From NCBI GenBank assembly GCA_035473115.1, contig DATION010000002.1, positions 169,374 to 233,373 of the forward strand: a stretch of DNA of 64,000 nucleotides. Direction: 5' to 3'. This DNA is from Candidatus Udaeobacter sp. Its GTDB lineage: Bacteria; Patescibacteriota; Patescibacteriia; Magasanikbacterales; GWA2-37-8. Both the position numbers and the translations under genes were made by a program. A model generated the notes under the pieces. It was given only the letters and a program-made list of their open reading frames with translations. It was not told the DNA's origin and made no database searches. Below, one piece after another: positions 1-9,347 of the stretch (positions within the stretch are counted from its first letter, which is position 1; every line of letters starts with the position of its first letter).

Positions 1-226
1 AATTGCTTTCCGCAAAGAAGCTGTGCAAAAAGCAATACAAAATAGCCAAGGAAATGGCTGGATAGCGATCGATGAAGAAATTGAACTAGCCAAAAAAAAT
101 ATAAAAAAAACAGAGAACCTTGAAGTCTCGTTTAATAGCGCCTTATCTATAGCCGGCCTAAAACTGGCTTTGCAAAATAATTGGAAATTTAATGGATCAG
201 TAGTCTGTATATTAACAGGGCTTTAA
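1..226 (+). CDS. thrC: C-terminal fragment of a PLP-dependent threonine synthase-like enzyme (gene begins upstream of window)
   Basis: Frame is open from the window edge. The C-terminus ...SVVCILTGL resembles the threonine synthase C-terminal TGxGLKD region. Confidence 0.4.
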   Translation, partial: IAFRKEAVQKAIQNSQGNGWIAIDEEIELAKKNIKKTENLEVSFNSALSIAGLKLALQNNWKFNGSVVCILTGL

Positions 227-313
227 TACTAACAGAACAGCTTGCAAAAGAGAACTGCTAGCACAGACATAATCTCTGCTCTCTTTTGCGTTCTTACAGC
301 TTGCCGGTACAAG

Positions 314-640
314 TTATTGCACATAGAGAGTTACAGCCCTTTGCTCGCCATCTCCACCACACAAACAGAGACAAGTTAGGTAATAGCTGGATGTAACCGT
401 CGGGTTGACGAACATATAGCCAACCGCCGGCAAGGTTTCTTTCTGCGACAGTCCTTGGCAGATCACATAGGTGCCGAACCTGCTTGCATCCCACTCGATT
501 AAGGCTCTATCTCCTTTCTTTATGGTACTTGGCTTGACAGTTAGAGAAATTGTGTCAGTTGGATCATTTCCCTTGTCGTCATCAACGACGCAAGAAGATA
601 CTGCCAGACCAACTAGAACACAAAAAAGTAATCTTTGCAT
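314..640 (-). CDS. small secreted lipoprotein, hypothetical
   Basis: N-terminal signal peptide with lipobox LAVSSC. Lies in a high-GC island (approx 294-1560). Confidence 0.5.
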   Translation of the reverse strand: MQRLLFCVLVGLAVSSCVVDDDKGNDPTDTISLTVKPSTIKKGDRALIEWDASRFGTYVICQGLSQKETLPAVGYMFVNPTVTSSYYLTCLCLCGGDGEQRAVTLYVQ

Positions 641-837
641 GGTTGTTCTCCTCTTGGTTTAGAATACCCTAGAGAATAGTTATTTGGCAAGTCATTAAAC
701 GATCTTTCATTTTCCTACTTGTAAGAGGTAAGAATATAAATGGATCGTGCGAGCTTCCGAGAGCTCGCACCTGGAGCTCGGACTGCATAGCCTTGCTTCG
801 CCATTGGCGAATCAGGCACATGCCGTGTCCAAGCTGA

Positions 838-1521
838 CTACTGGGGCGTTCCTCCAGTCTTCGGAGCGACTGAGAAAGGAAAGAGGAGCCTTGAGGTTTT
901 GTTACCGGAACCGCCGATGGTCACGGCCGTTCCGGTGTCGTTTTTCCTTCCAGTGAAGAGATCGGTTTCCGTAACCACATGGACAGTCAGACGGCGATCA
1001 GTCGCTGCGAGCTGAGCTGCCAACTTGGTGTTGGCGTACCTCAGACCAGCGATGTCTGCAGTCGTTTTCTCCGCGCCGGCCTTTAGCTCGGCGACGTCTG
1101 CTGTTGCCTGGTCGGCGCTTGCCTTCACCTCGGCGACGTCTGCTGTTGCCTGCTCAGCCGCGGCTTGAGCCTTGGCAGCATCGGCGACACCTTGGTCAGC
1201 GATCACTTTGGCGGCCGCGGCATCGGCGACGCCTTGGTTGGCCGTGGTTTGGGCGGCCGCGGCGGCAGTGGTAGCGGCCGCGGCGTTCGCGGTAGCCTTG
1301 GCAGCTTCGGCCTTGGCATTGCTGGCCATCGTCTGAGCTTCAACGATTTGCGCATTGAGCCCATTGTACGCCGTTGCAGCGATCAAGATGAGAATAGCCG
1401 CTCCGGCGACAACACCTGCGATCCAGACGATGACCTTCTTGTGATCGGAGGAGCCTCGAACCTCCATGGTCTGCGACGGATCCGGGCTGGACGAGAGATT
1501 CGGGTCAGGGTTTGGCGACAT
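838..1521 (-). CDS. membrane-anchored Ala-rich coiled-coil repeat protein, hypothetical
   Basis: One TM helix followed by 14-residue periodic A/D/Q-rich repeats. AAGGAG lies 9 nt upstream of the ATG at 1521; the ORF could extend to TTG at 1542. High GC. Confidence 0.5.
   Translation of the reverse strand: MSPNPDPNLSSSPDPSQTMEVRGSSDHKKVIVWIAGVVAGAAILILIAATAYNGLNAQIVEAQTMASNAKAEAAKATANAAAATTAAAAAQTTANQGVADAAAAKVIADQGVADAAKAQAAAEQATADVAEVKASADQATADVAELKAGAEKTTADIAGLRYANTKLAAQLAATDRRLTVHVVTETDLFTGRKNDTGTAVTIGGSGNKTSRLLFPFSVAPKTGGTPQ
1088..1261. repeat. 42-nt (14-codon) tandem repeats inside the coiled-coil gene
   Basis: Units at 1088-1111 and 1130-1153 are near-identical, as are units at 1178-1219 and 1220-1261. 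Confidence 0.7.
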
Positions 1522-1663
1522 GGCTGGTAGCTCCTTCTTCAAAATGTTGTGATTTTGCCTGGGTCAACATGACTCAAGCAGTTGCGTTTTCATTTGAATC
1601 ACCACCGATAACCAGTGGTGATTCCAATTAAAAAGGCAACCAAAACATCTTTTATAACTTTAA

Positions 1664-1692
1664 AGTATACCACAAATTTAACCTTTTGTCAA
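1664..1692 (-). promoter_or_regulatory. sigma70-like promoter, TTGACA-17-TATACT with TGn extension
   Basis: Minus strand reads TTGACAaaaggttaaatttgtggTATACT, directed at the 838-1521 gene. Confidence 0.45.
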
Positions 1693-1725
1693 GATTAAAC
1701 CCAATTTTTTGGCTAATTTAAACTA

Positions 1726-1750
1726 AAAAGTAAGTCTTGTTAGACTTACT
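1726..1750 (-). terminator. intrinsic terminator hairpin overlapping the stop of the giant gene
   Basis: 10-bp perfect stem aagtaagtct/agacttactt followed by a T-run on the minus strand. Confidence 0.5.
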
Positions 1751-4700
1751 TTTGTAATCTTAACCAATCCGTAATATCTTCTGGTTTTTGTTTAGCCAAT
1801 CTGATGACTTCGTTCTGACTATGCTTCTCTGTTGTTCCATCTCTATGTAAAGAAACTAGAACTTGGCCATCTTTGGTATCTTGAGAGGTAAACGTAGCAT
1901 CCTTATCATAAATCAATATATCTTTTCCTTCTTCAGGATCATAAACTCGAGCTGCATGACCACCTTTGGTTAGTATCGGTGCAACTTCTGTATTTACGTC
2001 TCTAGACAATACTAAATTCCAATCTTCGTCATTTTTACCAAGCATGGTATCACTAAAAGTTTTTAACCAATCAGATTTATGAAGTGTGAATTCTTTTTCC
2101 GCATTTAGCACATTCCCGATCATGCTTAGATTTTTACCGTCTAGTTGAAAGCTATTAATTTTATTTTGCAGAAAATCCATGGCATTAGCTCTTAAAATTA
2201 GGTTATTCTGTAATTGATCGGTAGCTGCTTCTAGCATTTTATTATATGTACCCAAAAATTCCTTTTTGTTACTCCCTTGAGTTTCCAAAAAGTTACTGAA
2301 CTTTGTTTGATAATCCGCTTCCGGATTTTCAGTAGCCGGAGCATTAGTTTTTTCTGCAACTGGTAAGTGCTCTGCAGTTGCTCTTGCTGTTTCTGGCTTT
2401 GCTTCAGGGTTCGGAATTTGATTATCGACAGCTGTAGTAGTTCTTGATTCGTTATCTTTATGTTCAATTACAGGGGATTTTTCTTCTGAAATTTTTTCTG
2501 CAGGAACTTCATTTACAGGTTGAGTGCTGGCTGGAGCTTGTTCAACTGCTGGCACTACCGAAGAAGCTTTGGCTGGAGGCAAATCATTTGTCCCATAAAC
2601 ATGCAGAGTTTTTTCTACATAAATCGGCTGTTCGTTTTCAGAAATTTGCGTTGCCGCACCATCAGCATTAGAATTTGATCTTGATCCAGCTTGCGCAGCG
2701 CTATATGGAGTTTCAATCTTGGAGATTTCGGCTGCTGCCTTCGGATTATGGTCACCGAATCTGCGTTCTATATCCCTTTCTAAAGCAGCTTTATGCTCAG
2801 CTTTTAGAGTATCAAATCTCTGTTTATCAGCTTCATAATCTTTATCTGTATAAATTGCGGCTTTCGGAGCTTTATTATTGTTTGGTATTGGTTCCCAATC
2901 TTTATCTGTAGCCTCTGTTTGTTCTTTGGAACTCATCTGGTCCACACTTACATAGCCGCTCTTCTTTTCACCGGCAATACCACTTAAAATAGGTTTTTTG
3001 TCTTCTGCTCCAAAGTACATTACTTTGCCATGAACATGATTATCAACAGCTGCTTTATCACCTTTGGCATCGGCTTCTAGTCGGTTATAAGCTAAATTTG
3101 TAGTTTCTGCTCCCTGCTCAGCATAAAACAAACCTTTTTGATTTTCTACAGAACTATTATAATCTTTAACAAAATTATCATAATCTAATTTTCCGTTATG
3201 AATGTACTTCTCCGGTAAATGGGTTAAATGCTGAAAGCTAAAATGCTGATCTTTTAAATACTGAATAGCTAAAGCTTCGCCACCTTCTTGTTTCAATAGT
3301 TCTTCAAAAATAACCTGGCGGCGTTCTCCTCCACTGGCATCTAAAGTTTCAATTTTTCCGATAAACTTATGATGGGAATGAACACCGGCGCCAACTTCAC
3401 TGGCTTTTAAAATATTTTTTATTGATTCTTCGTTATTTAATGCTGGATAATCATGAACTAACTTTTGCACCGCATCGGCATATTCTTGACTAAGTTTATT
3501 CTCAACCGCAAAATGCTCTAAAGAAAAATTAGTTTTTACTTCAGGTGTTGAATCTCCAACAGTTTCTGTCTTATTAACAACCTCAGGAGCTTTTTCTGCC
3601 GCAGCATGATCCGGAGTAATGTTTACCGGCGATTGATCTGCTCTTGCCGGTGCTGTTGCTTCGGCTGCAGGTCGGGCAGTTTCTGATCCAGAGGCTTGGT
3701 TTGGTACTTCTCCAGATCGAGGCGCTGCTACTGGTGATTGCTCCGGAGCAGAGGTAACAGCCGATCGGGATTGTTCTGGAGCTACGGTTGCAACTGAACG
3801 ATCTGTAGGCGTAGTGATATTTGGATTTTCTCGGCCAGATAAATGACTACCTATTGGCTGAGTGTTCACTGTATTTCCTGACGGTAAACTTTCTACAGCT
3901 GTTCTTCCACCAACAACTGCAGCTCCACCTGCAGCTGCTCTAACTTCTGGTTTAGTTAAGTGTTCAGACGCAGAATTTTCTGGTTGCAAATTATCTGCAG
4001 AGTCTTTATGACCGGTAAGTATTTCTGAAGGATGAGTAATTAAATGACCGGCGTGCTGCCAACCTTGGACAATATGCTTTGCATTTTCAATAGGATCAAG
4101 ATTATAAATTATTGCACCAGCTCCTCGTTCTTTTAATTCATGCAAAAGTCTATCTATACTGTTTCCCGGTGCCTCAAAACCATGTAAAGCCATACCGGTA
4201 ATACCAAAAGCGCGGGCAACGGTGCCGGCTGCTTTGATAAATTCGATAGTTCTGCGTTTTGCTCCCAACTGTTCTTTACTAAATACTCCCAGTGTTATGC
4301 CATGAGCAGTTTCTGTAGCCGCAGCCACCAAAATATCTTTATAACTAAGTTCTTTCTCCGGCTCTCCGGCAACATCATTTTTAGTTTCCTGAGCATGTTT
4401 TCTTTTAGCTTTACTTATTCTTTCCGCCACAGCCACACCGGCATACATTACACCGCGCAACACAGACATACCCGTAGCTGTAAGAGCAAGATTGGCTACG
4501 TCTCTGGCAATTTTTATACCGGAAACTTTGCTCTGTACATAATTATCCAAAACTTTTTGTATCTCTTCTTCTCTTTCTTTTTTAACTTCATCTGCAGCTT
4601 CTCGGTGTTTTTGAGAAATTTCAAGCAGTTTATCAAGCAAAGCGGCTTTAGCTTCAGGAGTAATTCTGGAAGACTCGATTTTTTCTTTTAATTCACTGGA

Positions 4701-6953
4701 ACGTTTTTCAATTTCACCATCGTCATTTCCTTTGAGAGCTTCAGTAAGTGCGCTATACGCTTCAGCGATTATTTCTTTAGCTTTTTTTCCTCTCTGCCAT
4801 TCGGCCAAATCGCCTCCTTGTCCTAAGCCTACTTTGCCAGCACCCAAACGTACCACATCAGAAATAATTTTTACACCCAATACAGAAGTGACGGTGTTAT
4901 AACCGGTTTCCAAAGCAATTTTTCCCACTTCACGATTAAAAATAGCGTCTTTAAGCTTCTTGCCGCCTTCGGCTATTCTGGTAAACAAACCTTTTGGCAT
5001 TGGTCTTGCAACAAATTCCTCTAATTTAGCTTTATTAGCTTGGTCTAAAATATTTAACCCTTGGATAGCCTCGTCTAAATCACTTAAATCCTGAGCTGTG
5101 GCTCTATTGTCTGGGTCTGAATAAGTACTTAATCTTTGTTCAATCTCTATGGCTATCTGATTGGCTCTGCCTATGCTATCTGTAAACACTCTCCATTCTT
5201 TTATTTTAACTTTTTTTGGCCACTGTTCATTCTCACGCAAAGCATCTTCTAAAGCCATGAGTTCTTTTATAAAATCATTTCTTTTTAAAATCTCTTCAAA
5301 TCTACTATCAATTTCTGCTGCCGAAACTTCTTCATCTTCTCGGGGCTCATCCACCACAGGTTCTCTTTTTGTAAATTCAGTCAGCGTAGCTTTAATTTCT
5401 GCATTTAAATCATTCCATGATTGCATTTTCTCTTCAAAAGTTGCGTCATCATAAATTCTGGCGTTATCTGAAATTTCTGTTCTTATCTCTTGCGCTCTAT
5501 CTCGTTTAGCCCTAACATCATCCCACTCTTTTGTAGTAATTTGTTTTGGAGGCTCGCTAGTTAAACATGCATGCGCCAGATCTCTTATCTCCGTATTAAA
5601 GGTTTGATCTAAAACTCTTTCCATTCTCTTGTTATAAACATCAAAACTAACTCTTTTATTAATTTTTTTAAGATAATTTAAAATCTTTTCAATAACCGAA
5701 TTCAAATCGGCTAATTTTTTTTCAAAATCAGCATCACTGTCTGTTTTTAATTCATTAGCAATTGCCGCTGTTTTTACGTTTAGTTCATTTTCAATATATG
5801 TATTTATTTGTATCTGTTCTTCTCGTGTACATTTTGGTTTAAATACTACACCTACAAGATCACTGATTTCTTTGATTGCAGGATCTGTAGCTGCGACTTT
5901 TTTTAATCTTTGACCTTGTATTTCTTTAGTAATTTCTGTTTTCTTTTCTGGCTTAGGCTCTCTCTCTTTAATCTCTGTCAGCAAATCTATAATTCCCTTG
6001 CCTAAAAAATTCAATTTTGAAATTTCTTCTGTTAACTCTATATCTGTCACTGTATCTACTTTCGCTTCAATTTCCAACTTTAATTTCTCTAATTCGTCTC
6101 GTTTGGCCATAATAGGCACAATATCGGTTTGTGTGTACTTGCCTTTATGTTCCGGGTAAGCCAATTCGGCCATTGCTTTAATAATTGGCTGAATTAAAGT
6201 GGAATATTCATCATCTATCCGCTTTAGGCGCTGATCGTGAATTTTTTGCTGTTCAGCTTTTTCAGCAGCCGCTTTTAACTCTGCGACCTCATCTTCTCCG
6301 GCTTTTAAAAGCAGGCCTCTATTTTCGGTAAACTCAACATTTTCCGGATCAAGTTTATCATAAAACTTATCAAGTTCTGCCTGAGGTTTTTCTCCTCTTT
6401 TTTCCATTCCAACTAAATCTTCTAATTGTCCTAATTTTACTATAAAAGTTTGGTATGGTTCGGCAAACTTTGCGACATTTTTAAGATTTAATAATCTTTT
6501 TAGTTTTTCCAAATCTTTCTGATAATTAGCGCGATTACCCTGGGTCTTTTTAGCTAAATTATGTTTTTGCATGAACGCAAAAATATCCTCTACCCTTTTT
6601 TTGGCATGAAGATAGTCAATATTAGCCGCTTCAAGCTGCAGAACTTCCGGCTCCGGCGGTTTTTCCATCTCTGCTTTTACCTTTAAAATATCTGCATCTA
6701 TTTTTTTGCGTTTTTTGTCATTATTAGAACCTTTACCATTCAGGTCTTTAATATTTCCAAGTACAGTACCAATTTCTTTTAATAATTTTGCTCTTTTCGG
6801 ATCTTCTGGGTGCAATCGTTCAATTTCAGCTTTTATACCTAAAGCTGCTTTTTGTTGCTCGGCAAAAAATCCTTCCTCTACTTTTACTTTGGTTTCCTTA
6901 TTAAATTCTTTCTCTCGAGGATCTTCTCTGTCCTCGCGTTCAGTTTTAGCCAT
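1746..6953 (-). CDS. giant 1735-aa protein with Lys/Glu-rich coiled-coil N-terminal half, Gly-rich hydrophobic helices, Ser/Pro/Ala/Thr linker and unknown ~600-aa C-terminal domain
   Basis: Single uninterrupted ORF with no recognisable catalytic motif. The central segments GxxxG/AxxxG resemble the glycine-zipper membrane-interacting helices of tape-measure or toxin-translocation proteins. Confidence 0.8.
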   Translation of the reverse strand: MAKTEREDREDPREKEFNKETKVKVEEGFFAEQQKAALGIKAEIERLHPEDPKRAKLLKEIGTVLGNIKDLNGKGSNNDKKRKKIDADILKVKAEMEKPPEPEVLQLEAANIDYLHAKKRVEDIFAFMQKHNLAKKTQGNRANYQKDLEKLKRLLNLKNVAKFAEPYQTFIVKLGQLEDLVGMEKRGEKPQAELDKFYDKLDPENVEFTENRGLLLKAGEDEVAELKAAAEKAEQQKIHDQRLKRIDDEYSTLIQPIIKAMAELAYPEHKGKYTQTDIVPIMAKRDELEKLKLEIEAKVDTVTDIELTEEISKLNFLGKGIIDLLTEIKEREPKPEKKTEITKEIQGQRLKKVAATDPAIKEISDLVGVVFKPKCTREEQIQINTYIENELNVKTAAIANELKTDSDADFEKKLADLNSVIEKILNYLKKINKRVSFDVYNKRMERVLDQTFNTEIRDLAHACLTSEPPKQITTKEWDDVRAKRDRAQEIRTEISDNARIYDDATFEEKMQSWNDLNAEIKATLTEFTKREPVVDEPREDEEVSAAEIDSRFEEILKRNDFIKELMALEDALRENEQWPKKVKIKEWRVFTDSIGRANQIAIEIEQRLSTYSDPDNRATAQDLSDLDEAIQGLNILDQANKAKLEEFVARPMPKGLFTRIAEGGKKLKDAIFNREVGKIALETGYNTVTSVLGVKIISDVVRLGAGKVGLGQGGDLAEWQRGKKAKEIIAEAYSALTEALKGNDDGEIEKRSSELKEKIESSRITPEAKAALLDKLLEISQKHREAADEVKKEREEEIQKVLDNYVQSKVSGIKIARDVANLALTATGMSVLRGVMYAGVAVAERISKAKRKHAQETKNDVAGEPEKELSYKDILVAAATETAHGITLGVFSKEQLGAKRRTIEFIKAAGTVARAFGITGMALHGFEAPGNSIDRLLHELKERGAGAIIYNLDPIENAKHIVQGWQHAGHLITHPSEILTGHKDSADNLQPENSASEHLTKPEVRAAAGGAAVVGGRTAVESLPSGNTVNTQPIGSHLSGRENPNITTPTDRSVATVAPEQSRSAVTSAPEQSPVAAPRSGEVPNQASGSETARPAAEATAPARADQSPVNITPDHAAAEKAPEVVNKTETVGDSTPEVKTNFSLEHFAVENKLSQEYADAVQKLVHDYPALNNEESIKNILKASEVGAGVHSHHKFIGKIETLDASGGERRQVIFEELLKQEGGEALAIQYLKDQHFSFQHLTHLPEKYIHNGKLDYDNFVKDYNSSVENQKGLFYAEQGAETTNLAYNRLEADAKGDKAAVDNHVHGKVMYFGAEDKKPILSGIAGEKKSGYVSVDQMSSKEQTEATDKDWEPIPNNNKAPKAAIYTDKDYEADKQRFDTLKAEHKAALERDIERRFGDHNPKAAAEISKIETPYSAAQAGSRSNSNADGAATQISENEQPIYVEKTLHVYGTNDLPPAKASSVVPAVEQAPASTQPVNEVPAEKISEEKSPVIEHKDNESRTTTAVDNQIPNPEAKPETARATAEHLPVAEKTNAPATENPEADYQTKFSNFLETQGSNKKEFLGTYNKMLEAATDQLQNNLILRANAMDFLQNKINSFQLDGKNLSMIGNVLNAEKEFTLHKSDWLKTFSDTMLGKNDEDWNLVLSRDVNTEVAPILTKGGHAARVYDPEEGKDILIYDKDATFTSQDTKDGQVLVSLHRDGTTEKHSQNEVIRLAKQKPEDITDWLRLQK

Positions 6954-6964
6954 AATAAAAAAAA

Positions 6965-7246
6965 TTAAGCAATGGAATCAAGTTCCTTAATTGCGTCTTC
7001 ATTTATTTGATCTATTTTTTCCTGGTACTTTTGATCTATATTTTTTAGATCATCAGCCAACTGTTTATCCGCGCTTTTGGTGGCAGCCTGCAAATAACTT
7101 GTTTCCAAAATATTAGTTAGGTCTTCCAGTTGCGCTTCGGTCATTTCGGGCAGCAAAGCAAGCAGAGCCTCTCGCTCCTGTGCAGACATATCTAGAGAAG
7201 CAATCAAGAAACCAAGTTTTTTGCCTTTCTCTTCTGCCGATGACAT
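6965..7246 (-). CDS. small acidic helical protein, hypothetical; immediately upstream of the giant gene
   Basis: 93-aa ORF with a 12-nt gap to the giant gene on the same strand. Confidence 0.5.
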   Translation of the reverse strand: MSSAEEKGKKLGFLIASLDMSAQEREALLALLPEMTEAQLEDLTNILETSYLQAATKSADKQLADDLKNIDQKYQEKIDQINEDAIKELDSIA

Positions 7247-7273
7247 ATTACAAATAATTAAATTAATAAAGGC

Positions 7274-8320
7274 TTATTTTGTTTGCAGAACTTTGAGTGT
7301 TAATTCCAATCGCTTGCCGTTTCGTAAAACTTTCGCATTAACTGTCTGATTTCCATCAATAGTATACCATAAATTATCCGCCGAAACAATTCGGCCGTTG
7401 ATTTCCAAAACCACATCTCCGCGGCGCAACAAACTGGCTGCAGACCAAACATCAGAGACCATAAAACCTTGAACTTTTGTTTTTTCCGAAACAATAGTTT
7501 GTTCATCGCCAAACCAACCATCCACCCCAAGCGATGGATAGGAAATTGTTTGCAGACTTAAAATCTTTGGCAGAACCCTGGTTATATAAGAACTTGGCAA
7601 TAATAAGTTTTTTTCTGTTATAAAACCAACTACTCGTCCTTGGCTATTAATCGCCACTTCTCCGGCATTAAATGAGCCGTTTAAGGAATAAAATGATACT
7701 GGGGCAGAATCCAAATGCGGAATTTGATAACTTAAAAAAGGATACAGCACGGATCCGTGATACCAAAATGAGTTATGAAAAGTAAATATATCATCCAAAG
7801 AAGCGCTATCATCATTAAAGCTAATTACTTTAAATTGATCATCTTTTTTTATCTTTAAATAAAGCATTCCGGAATATTTATCCAACAAACCTTTTTCCGG
7901 CTGCCAGACTCTGTCGTCGCTGGTAATTACATACAAGCTTTTTAAGTTTCCGTCATAATTAGGCTGATACACAGCCAGCCAGCCGTCTGAACTTAAAATA
8001 ATTCCGTCGCCTATTTTTTTATTCAAATAACCTGCGCCGCTTAAACTGGATAGTCCTTTATAAATATTTACCATGCGCAAAGAGGCTTCCTCACGAACTC
8101 TGTCTTCCAACTGAGCCCTAGTTAAACCCGGATGGGCGGAAGAAGTTATCCAAGCATCACCCTCGGCAAATTTAGGCCATACCCATCCGACCATCATGGC
8201 CGCTCCGCTCATACCGACAACTAAGCCAAACACAACAATAGCGGCCAACCATTTTAAGCGCTGCCATAAAACTTTATTTTCAAAGCTAAATGTTTTTTTA
8301 GGTAGATGAGGAGGATGCAT
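7274..8320 (-). CDS. membrane-anchored PDZ-domain protein (HtrA-like architecture, catalytic motifs not evident)
   Basis: N-terminal TM helix. The C-terminal GDVVLEINGRIV...VLRNGKRLELTLKV is PDZ-like. No GNSGGP motif seen. Confidence 0.6.
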   Translation of the reverse strand: MHPPHLPKKTFSFENKVLWQRLKWLAAIVVFGLVVGMSGAAMMVGWVWPKFAEGDAWITSSAHPGLTRAQLEDRVREEASLRMVNIYKGLSSLSGAGYLNKKIGDGIILSSDGWLAVYQPNYDGNLKSLYVITSDDRVWQPEKGLLDKYSGMLYLKIKKDDQFKVISFNDDSASLDDIFTFHNSFWYHGSVLYPFLSYQIPHLDSAPVSFYSLNGSFNAGEVAINSQGRVVGFITEKNLLLPSSYITRVLPKILSLQTISYPSLGVDGWFGDEQTIVSEKTKVQGFMVSDVWSAASLLRRGDVVLEINGRIVSADNLWYTIDGNQTVNAKVLRNGKRLELTLKVLQTK

Positions 8321-8356
8321 AATTAAAATATATTATTATAACTACTAAGGCTTCAC

Positions 8357-9148
8357 TTATTTCCAGCGAACTATAAAAATTAAAAATAGAAAAAATAAAA
8401 TCCCGTTAGACCACAAAAACCAATTTTGCTTGCGCCAATTTATACCTTCAGCGGTTAAGTTAAATCTAACCAAAAGCCAAAATATATACCAAAGCCAAAT
8501 TAAAATTAAACCGCCAACCAAATAACCTAACGGCAAAAGCTCTATTACCCAAAGCAGTTCTAAAATCATTAAAAACCAGCATCCAACCCATATCCAAAAA
8601 CGCTTATTTATGGCAACACCATATTCCAGCCATGACCAACCGGCCACAAACGCGGAAAATAGCGACGCTAGTCCAAACCAAACCCAAGAACTGATACTGG
8701 GAACAATTTGAAAAGAAATTATTGCTCCGCTACCTTCAAAGATTCCAGCTAAACCGATAACTGACATAATGAAGCGCCAGCGGAGATGTGGTTTTAAAAA
8801 TGTTGTTAAGCTGACACTTGATGATGGCAATAACCAAAAACTGAAAAAAGAAAAGAAACAAAATAAAGCGCTAAATAGATACCAAGCCAAATTCCATTCA
8901 ATAAATAAAAGAAAAGACAGTGAGCCAACTGTCATGATAACCAAAGACAGTAAATGTTTCCAACGGCTCATTTCGGCCGAATAATATACTAACCAGATTA
9001 AAATTGCCCAAATTATGATTTTTAATAGAAACCAAACACCGACTAACCACCAGGAATGGATATTTCTGAGCCACAAAATCATTATGATATTTATAAATAA
9101 ATCCAAAAAAGCGGCGAATTTTGGATGAAAAGATAAGGACTTGAACAT
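8357..9148 (-). CDS. polytopic integral membrane protein, hypothetical
   Basis: At least 8 Trp/Leu/Phe-rich hydrophobic segments. Confidence 0.6.
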   Translation of the reverse strand: MFKSLSFHPKFAAFLDLFINIIMILWLRNIHSWWLVGVWFLLKIIIWAILIWLVYYSAEMSRWKHLLSLVIMTVGSLSFLLFIEWNLAWYLFSALFCFFSFFSFWLLPSSSVSLTTFLKPHLRWRFIMSVIGLAGIFEGSGAIISFQIVPSISSWVWFGLASLFSAFVAGWSWLEYGVAINKRFWIWVGCWFLMILELLWVIELLPLGYLVGGLILIWLWYIFWLLVRFNLTAEGINWRKQNWFLWSNGILFFLFLIFIVRWK

Positions 9149-9158
9149 ATATGTTTAC

Positions 9159-9195
9159 TGTCATCCCGAGCGAGGTCTTAACCGACGAGGGATCT
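9159..9195. repeat. TGTCATCC...GGATCT dispersed repeat, copy A
   Basis: tgtcatcccgagcgagg...cgacgagggatct. Shares termini with the copies at 11612, 35585 and 37330. Confidence 0.6.
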
Positions 9196-9347
9196 ACACA
9201 TTTTAGATAATAATAGCTTATTTTTTAACAAAAAGCAAACCGCCTAAAAATAACAGTGCCTTCGGGTTGTGAAGCCGAAGGCGGAACGAACACAAGCAGC
9301 CGTGGACTGTGGCGAACGCTGTGCGGGAGCAGTGATTGATGGAGTTA

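Noticed and set aside
1165-1530. Plus-strand 121-aa ORF antisense to the coiled-coil gene
   Set aside because: A Gly/Arg-rich mirror translation of the Ala-rich repeats with no start signals.
2231-6990. Several 60-130 aa ORFs on both strands inside the giant gene (2231-2467, 2444-2671, 2675-2911, 4302-4691, 5161-5454, 6706-6990)
   Set aside because: They are fully nested in or antisense to the 1735-aa ORF. They are low-complexity translations without start context, so shadow ORFs.
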